A DNA stretch of 30,030 bases from Eledone cirrhosa (Eukaryota). Where the stretch lies: contig CAXHJY010000453.1 in NCBI GenBank assembly GCA_964016885.1, forward strand, positions 1-30,030. Direction: 5' to 3'. Of the stretch, positions 23,985 to 30,030 are shown piece after piece (position 1 is the first letter of the stretch; each line of letters opens with the position of its first letter). A program made the translations under genes and the position numbers. Below the pieces are notes generated by a model. That model was not told the origin of the DNA. It ran no database searches and saw only the letters and a program-made list of their open reading frames with translations.

Positions 23985-24091
23985 TTGTTTCTACTTTAGG
24001 CACAAGGCCAGCAATTACCCAGTACATTACTGGTACTTTATTTTATCGACCCCCGTAAGGATGAAAGGCAAAGTTAACCTCGGTGGGATTG
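23985..24091 (-). mobile_element. 5'-truncated SINE family 1 with 18-bp TSD
   Basis: aatccaccaagataataa at 23967-23984 and 24092-24109. Confidence 0.88.
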
Positions 24092-24370
24092 AATCCACCA
24101 AGATAATAAGGATGGCAGTTTAGCGTAGCACAAAATTATGCGTGTCGTCCCTTCGCAAGTCGCCGCCAGAGAGAGAATGATTTTGTGATGTCAGAGCTAT
24201 GTGCAGGTAACTCTGCATAGCTGTCCCCCAAGCACGCGTCGGGTGTCGCTTCGCTACAATATTCTTTTGATTTGAAGCTGCATTAATGTAATATTGAGAA
24301 GAAAAATAAACATGGCTGGGAAGCTTGGCAGTTGTAGACACTAAAATCAAGATAATGTTCTTGGACAACA

Positions 24371-25527
24371 TCTTTATCTTTATATATATAAAAGCAAGGA
24401 TGTGTGTGTGTCTGTGTACAACTTTGGATACCTAAGGCTTTTACAATTACCAACCGAATTTGACCAATTTTCTGTGCACGTTGCACAGGTTGCTAAGATG
24501 GTCACATTTTTCCAATCAACCCACGTTGAGCAATAAAAAATCTATCAAAATTATCGGTAGCAAAATTGATGTAAGGGAGATAACCAACTTTATTGACAAT
24601 CCTTATTAATCATTTGTATAACTACATCCTGTTCAGTGTTTTTCCTTCATTATCAACATAGTTTTATGTGTACAAAGATTGCACTAAATATTCGGATGTG
24701 TAATAGTAATATACGTGAATGGCAAAGCATAAATGAACTAAGTGAGAAATTAGGAATAAGAGGGATCAGATGCTGTTTACTCGAGAGAAGACTACGTTGG
24801 TATGGTCACGTGATGCGCATGAAAGACGACAGCTGTATAAAAAAAGTGCAGGGCGATCAAAATAGACGGTAGCCACGGAGTAGGCAGACCCAGAAAAACC
24901 TGGGACGACTTGATAAATTCTGACCTCACACACTTACACCTCTCCAAGACAATGTCACTGGACCGAGATCTTTGGCGCTACGCAATAATACAGAAGGCCC
25001 GCTTTGCCTAAGTGCAAAGCGAAACCTACAGTCAGTAGGCACCTCTTACCAAAATACACCCCCCCGTCCCACTACCCCCACCCCATCCACACCACCCCTT
25101 TCGATGTAAAGTTATGTTGGTACCACAACATCCAGTCCTAAATAAATGAGGTCGTGTAGGTGTCACGACAAAAAAACACAGTCCACGCTGTAATGTGGCC
25201 GTGTAGGTAACACGGTAAAAACCTCCCAGTCCATACTGTAAACGTGGTTGGTGTTAGGAAGGGCATCCAGCCGTAGAAAACCCGCCAGACAGTCCTATAC
25301 AAGCAAGACAAGCAATCTTGCCTCAAGTGGGAAAATTCCCGTCCAAACCCATGCTAGCGTGGAAGATGGACGTTAAACGATGATGATGATGATTCGTTTG
25401 CATTAATTATTGAAGACTTCTGCTTATTTTGACAGTTTGGGGACAAATAATGTTCTTCTTTTACTTCCTAGCTGTATATTCTTAGCATAATTTCAAACCC
25501 CCGAGCAATGCCGGGTAAATCTGCTAG
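24371..25527 (+). mobile_element. Non-autonomous Helitron interrupted by an RTE insertion
   Basis: A|TC 5' end followed by tatatatataaaa and (gt)n. 3' hairpin cccgagcaatgccggg followed by CTAG|T. No TSD. Confidence 0.85.
24694..25391 (+). mobile_element. 5'-truncated RTE family A LINE
   Basis: MCNSNIREWQSINELSEKLGIRGIRCCLLERRLRWYGHVMRMKDDSCIK, 3' UTR and (GAT)n tail. Possible TSD attcg at 24690-24694 and 25392-25396. Confidence 0.92.
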
Positions 25528-25582
25528 TTTTAATTATAATGTAAAGCAATAGAAGAAAAAATATATTGGTTTGATAACAAAG

Positions 25583-25708
25583 TTCTTTTCTTTCACTTAT
25601 TCCTGAGAGAGTTGTTGGAGTAAGAGTTGTCAAACACTCCTTCCAGCAGGTCCTGTGAGAAGCAAGTTACCAACTGATCCGGATCCCCAAGCGAGACCAA
25701 CCGAGCTC
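25583..25708 (-). mobile_element. RTE family B 3' fragment
   Basis: cacttattcctgaga, tcaaacactccttcc, cctgtgagaagca and ggatcccca match 15190-15305. Confidence 0.75.
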
Positions 25709-25944
25709 GTAACAAAGTTAACTTGAAAAAATAAGCTGGATGATTCTTTAAATTTTCTGTATTCTTTTATGATTTGATCTCCTTTATATTAACACTATAA
25801 GTCTGTTTATTGATTCTGTCTTAAATTGAAATAGTTCACTGCAGTAAGAAATAACATTGTTATGAATCTGTTCATATAGAAAGTGAAGCTGATATGGAGC
25901 TACTATTTCATATTCACTTAATATTGGTGTGAGGCTGTTTAAAA

Positions 25945-26563
25945 GTTTAGTATTTGTGTGTGTATGTGTATGTCCGTCGGGACATTCGTATGTACTGGCC
26001 TAAATCTTCACTATTTACTTTACTATTTTAATAACCTCTGTCATTTTCGTTTTCAATTTTATTTACATCCGTCTTAAACTCCGGGGCTGGAAATCATTTT
26101 GTTATGTTAAATAGAATATTAGTCTAACGACTCCATTTATACCATAAACTTGGTCTTGTCTTTGCATGAAATTGTTCTTCTAGCTCCACATAACGACGTA
26201 TTATCCTCGCTTTTTTTTCCGTTCATTGCCAGGGAACGGCTTCATGAACCAAAATATCGTCTTCCTGTTTTCGTTCGGTTGGAACGTTTCTCAAAATATT
26301 TACTTCGGCATTCACAGATTACTCTCAGTTCAATTTGAATGGGAAATTCCTGTTTCATCGATTTTTTTTTTTTTTTTTTTTTTTTTTTTCTCTTTAACCA
26401 TGGAAGCTTGTACCCTAAAAGTCGACCCAACGCCTCCTCGGGTCATTCTGCATAACTGTAAATTTTCGCTGCATTCCACCAAGCCGTTCCGACGTTTATC
26501 CGACTACACTTACTTACTTACTTAAATATACAACGTCCGACCACTTCCAATTTATATAGTAGA
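25945..26563 (-). mobile_element. Helitron-like non-autonomous element
   Basis: Minus-strand 5' end A|TCTACTATATAAA, then (gtaa)n and an aacggcttggtggaatgcagcgaaaattt motif. CpG-rich. 3' end uncertain (small gtcc-cgac-ggac hairpin). Confidence 0.55.
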
Positions 26564-27682
26564 TTACTGGGTATAAATGAAGACTGATATTTTTTATAAG
26601 AATAAGATTTCAGATGTCATTCATTTCAAAAATATTAACAAGAGTGAAGTGAAAGCAATTCTTACCAAGAATTAAAATATATATATATAAGTTTCAAAAT
26701 GAAATAGCCAAGAACTTAGAACTACTGCACAGTATTGCAATTTATAACAGTTACACATTCTAGTTATTTCATGTGTATTTATTTGTATGAACAAAATTAG
26801 AATAAATTTATAGTCATGCTGTGGGGAAGCTTTTTACACTACAGAATTTTCTTTAAATTAATATCGGTTTTTTTTTTTTTTTTTTTTTTTTACTTTACTT
26901 TACTTTGACAAACAAATAAAATTCTCAATTTTTTCCCAATTAATTTTATTTCTCAGCTTTATTTCTGTTATAACTGATACAAATTGATATACATTTATCT
27001 TGGGTTTGGTTGAGATAAAATAACTATGAAAACACTATTGTACACTTAAGTGGCTTCCATATAAGTCTTACTTGGATACAGATTTTAATGTTGTTTTTCC
27101 TGGAAACCTGATAGCTACAATAACAGGAATAGTATCAAGGAAGCTTTTCCTTCTTTTTTTAAAACAAGAATGTATTTTTGAATTGATGTGATTTAACTCT
27201 TTCTTGGCTGTTTTTTAAAGAAATACATTACCTGTGTTTCATTTTCTTTTGAAAATAAACAAGAATTTAGGTGCATTTAATAAAATAATCTGTTCCTTAT
27301 GTAATTTTTTTTTATTCTACGATTTTTAGTCATTAGACTGTGGCCATGCTGGTGCACTAGGTGAATTATCAAAATACTGATCATGGATTTAGCTGCACTA
27401 TGGTTTTATACCAAATAAAATAAACATCAAAATGAAAAATTAAGCTGAGAGAATTATATACTTGAGTGGGTGGTGAAATAGGGATAATAAAGGATTGGAA
27501 TAACGCTTGGGTAAAAACTGCATTGTTTTCTGTATTTAAAATTTCGCAATAGCCATATTGATGAGAGCAATTTAAAGACATAATTAATAGCTTATTAGAC
27601 AATCAAACGTATGTTAATGCTTGCAATAAAACTCTATTATATCCCTTATCCATGTTAATCATCCTTTTACCTGTTATATATA

Positions 27683-28150
27683 TCTATATATATATATATA
27701 TATATAAAGTTGTACTTCCTGCCTGTTTGTTTGTTTACGAACTCCTATGGTTTGGGAGATAGACCCCATAACCATATATATTCTGAAACTACATTGCCCA
27801 GGGTACTTGGATAAGTATATTTCATTTTAATCAAAGGGTTCCATGGGGGCACAAAACCCCCGTTGAATTTTTTTTTCCCTTAGATTTATATGAAATTTAA
27901 ACCATAGGTAAATGTCAAAAGTTTTGAATTGATATTTTTGAAAAAATTTACAAGAAACAAAATAAGAATAAGATTTAATAATGTAATTTTGATTTGATAT
28001 ATTGGAAAAAATATTTTCCAATGTTTCATGCATTACATTTTACATTGAGTAATATTGAAATGCAGAGTTTTTCTCCATATATTATATCACTGGTTTAAAA
28101 TCATTTTCTTACAAAAGAAATGTGAAACGCAGCAATGCGCAGGTAATTCG
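27683..28150 (+). mobile_element. Helitron-like non-autonomous element
   Basis: A|TC(TA)n AAAG, then (gttt)n. 3' motif cgcagcaatgcgcaggtaattc parallels ccgagcaatgccgggtaaatc at 25501. Terminal CTAG absent. Confidence 0.65.
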
Positions 28151-28404
28151 GTGCATGTGTGTGCACTGGTATCATGACTGTTCGAGAAATTTGGGTAAAA
28201 TGAAGTATAACTTTTTATTTACTGATTCTTATCAACAAAAACAAATATAAAATATACAAAGGGAAGGGGGGGGGGAGAAAGAAAAAAATCACACAAGCAG
28301 GTAAAACACATCTTGGATCATATACAACGAGAGGCAGGTGAAAGGGGTGAACTAATGAGCTGCTACCAGAGCAAAAAATAACAATATAGTGGAAAACCTG
28401 TCTA

Positions 28405-28810
28405 ATAATATTTTAGGTAAGCCAGCATGCATGCAGTGTTACCTGAGGTAATGGCGAGGCTGCGGTGCTAAAACAGCAAAGGGCCCTCACGAGTTAGGCG
28501 CGTCGCCAGTAGCCCAACTCCTCCCAAACATCTCGAGCATCACAGGGTAGTTAGCCGAGAGATGACGGTATTTTAGGATTTTGTTCCGTTCGGCTGTGGA
28601 TGCTGTAACTCTCACCCTTACTACTGCATCCAGGGTCAAGGAAAACGCAAAAGAATCACTGATGTTCCAGATAAAGCACCTGCTTCTTGACCATGGGTAC
28701 AGGGTAAGGCTGTCAGGTCCATTAATTCTGAACAACCCAGGCAGTTTTAAAATTGAGGGGACATTTGCCTGGGCCAAAGCTCTTAAGTGGTAATAGGACT
28801 GTGCATGCAT
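28405..28810 (-). mobile_element. CRE-like non-LTR retrotransposon restriction-like endonuclease remnant
   Basis: LRALAQANVPSILKLPGLFRINGPDSLTLYPWSRSRCFIWN...AERNKILKY...LEMFG and later HRSLAITSGNTACML. Matches the EP.GL.R.DGKRPDG.TL.PW..G..L.WD...K..KY...ET.G...QRLS.AIQRGNA pattern. Confidence 0.75.
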
Positions 28811-28974
28811 GTGAGTTGGTCAGCATCCTTAAATTAGACGTGTGTCACCATTTTTAAGTTACACATATATGTGTAAATCCCCTCCCTGCCTTTTACACTC
28901 ACTTACTCCACTCCACTCCTTTTGTGACGGACAGATGGACAGCAGTCGCTCAAATTTATATACATGTGAATGAA

Positions 28975-29595
28975 GTCCCACTGAAGCAGGTAGAGAAGTT
29001 CAAGTATCTCAGGGCTGTGTTCATGAGTGACGGAATGCAGGAGGCTAAATTAAGTGCAAGAATTGCAAAAGCTGATGCAGTAATGCACCAGCTTCAGTAA
29101 TCAGAAAAAGGGAGGTAGGTGTAAAAGCTAAACTTGCTGTGTTCCTGATATTCCTGCCAACCCTTACCATGTGCCATGAATCTTGGGTAATGACTGAAAG
29201 AATACAATTTCAAATACAAGTGACCAAAATGGGATTCCTCAGAAGGTTCTTTGGAGTAACTTTACTCAATAAAGGTCATAACTCAGAGATCAGAGAGTCA
29301 CTCCTGGTAGAGCTGCTACTTCTCCAGATTGAGAATCACAGCTCTGATACTATGGGCATGTGGTTAGTGTCTCGGGAAAGAATTGCTGGACAGGTTTTAC
29401 AGGCAAAACCAACTGGCAAAAGACCCAGAGGTAGACCCTGAGCAAGATAGTTGGATAACATCCATGAACTTGGCTGGTCATGCTTTGGGATCCAGCTGGG
29501 TCAGTTAGAGATGTTTGCTTCTGACAAACTCACTGGAAGGAGTGTTTGAGGACTCTGTCCCCACGACCATCTCTGAAATATGTGGACAAAGAAGA
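28975..29595 (+). mobile_element. 5'-truncated RTE family B LINE (Expander/Rex3-like C-terminus)
   Basis: LKQVEKFKYLRAVFMSDG...ARIAKADAVM; PTLTMCHESWVMTER...KMGFLRRFFGVTLL...GKRPRGRP. Confidence 0.85.
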
Positions 29596-29742
29596 TATAT
29601 GCAAATTGAAAAGTAAATTGACAATATCTATATGTATATTTGCGCATAATACCAATATGCACACTACATATGCTAGAAGAAAACCACCCGAAGGGCGGTT
29701 CTTCTGCTAGTATTATGATATAATATAAGTAATGTACGCATG

Positions 29743-30030
29743 TCATCATCATCATCATCATACATCCATCCGCTTTTCCCTGCTTGCAAGGGTGGGACGG
29801 GTCTTATTCAGCACAGCATCTCTCCACTTGTCATGGTCCTTCGTCATCTCCACCGTGAGCTTCAGCAATCTGAGGTCTGTTCTCACCACCTCCGCCCATG
29901 TTTTTCGTGGTCTACCTCTACCACGTCTTCCTTCAACTGGCACTTCTTCACCCATCGGTCATCCTCCATGCGCATCACATGTCCATACCACCTCAGTCGC
30001 CTCTCCCGTACACTACATTATATCCCTCTC
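29743..30030 (-). mobile_element. RTE family C 3' fragment with very short 3' UTR, cut by window edge
   Basis: ERRLRWYGHVMRMEDD, VEGRRGRGRPRKTW...KWRDAV. The (GAT)n tail follows the stop directly, with no 48-bp array. Confidence 0.88.

Larger units (their letters stand above)
23274..24288. mobile_element. Non-autonomous TIR element (TA-flanked) hosting four nested insertions
   Basis: Joining 23271-23279 to 23641-23664 gives ttacattaatgcaacttcaaatcaaaaggatat. This is the reverse complement of 24259-24291 with 2 mismatches in 33 nt. TA at 23272-23273 and 24289-24290. Confidence 0.7.

Noticed and set aside
24110-24258. U1 snRNA, spliced-leader RNA, SECIS or canonical ribozyme
   Set aside because: TTACCTG-to-Sm spacing is too short for U1; hammerhead CUGAnGA/GAAA, HDV P3/L3 and SECIS AA-loop consensus are absent. 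Kept only as an unclassified structure.

Overview
AT-rich eukaryotic DNA, probably intronic or intergenic. The SINE/LINE/MITE repertoire resembles repeats I recall from octopod cephalopods; this assignment is inference. I found no convincing host exon, intact gene, RNA gene or CRISPR array. Most recognisable sequence is transposon-derived. It includes a ~3.4 kb frameshifted RTE LINE (APE endonuclease, RT, embedded C4HC3 PHD-like finger) with many truncated copies whose 3' UTR carries a variable 48-bp tandem array, plus two further RTE families. There are also two CRE-like endonuclease remnants, an internally deleted Tc1/IS630-like transposon, three Helitron-like elements, TTAA-flanked piggyBac-like MITEs and several tRNA-derived SINE families. 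The least ordinary observations are three: a five-insertion nested structure at 23.27-24.29 kb whose outer TIR only appears after removing an inner MITE, a CpG-rich multi-stem segment inside it, and a double-tailed retroposon insertion at the centre of a palindrome at 5.1-5.3 kb. I cannot support a new multi-gene system from this sequence.
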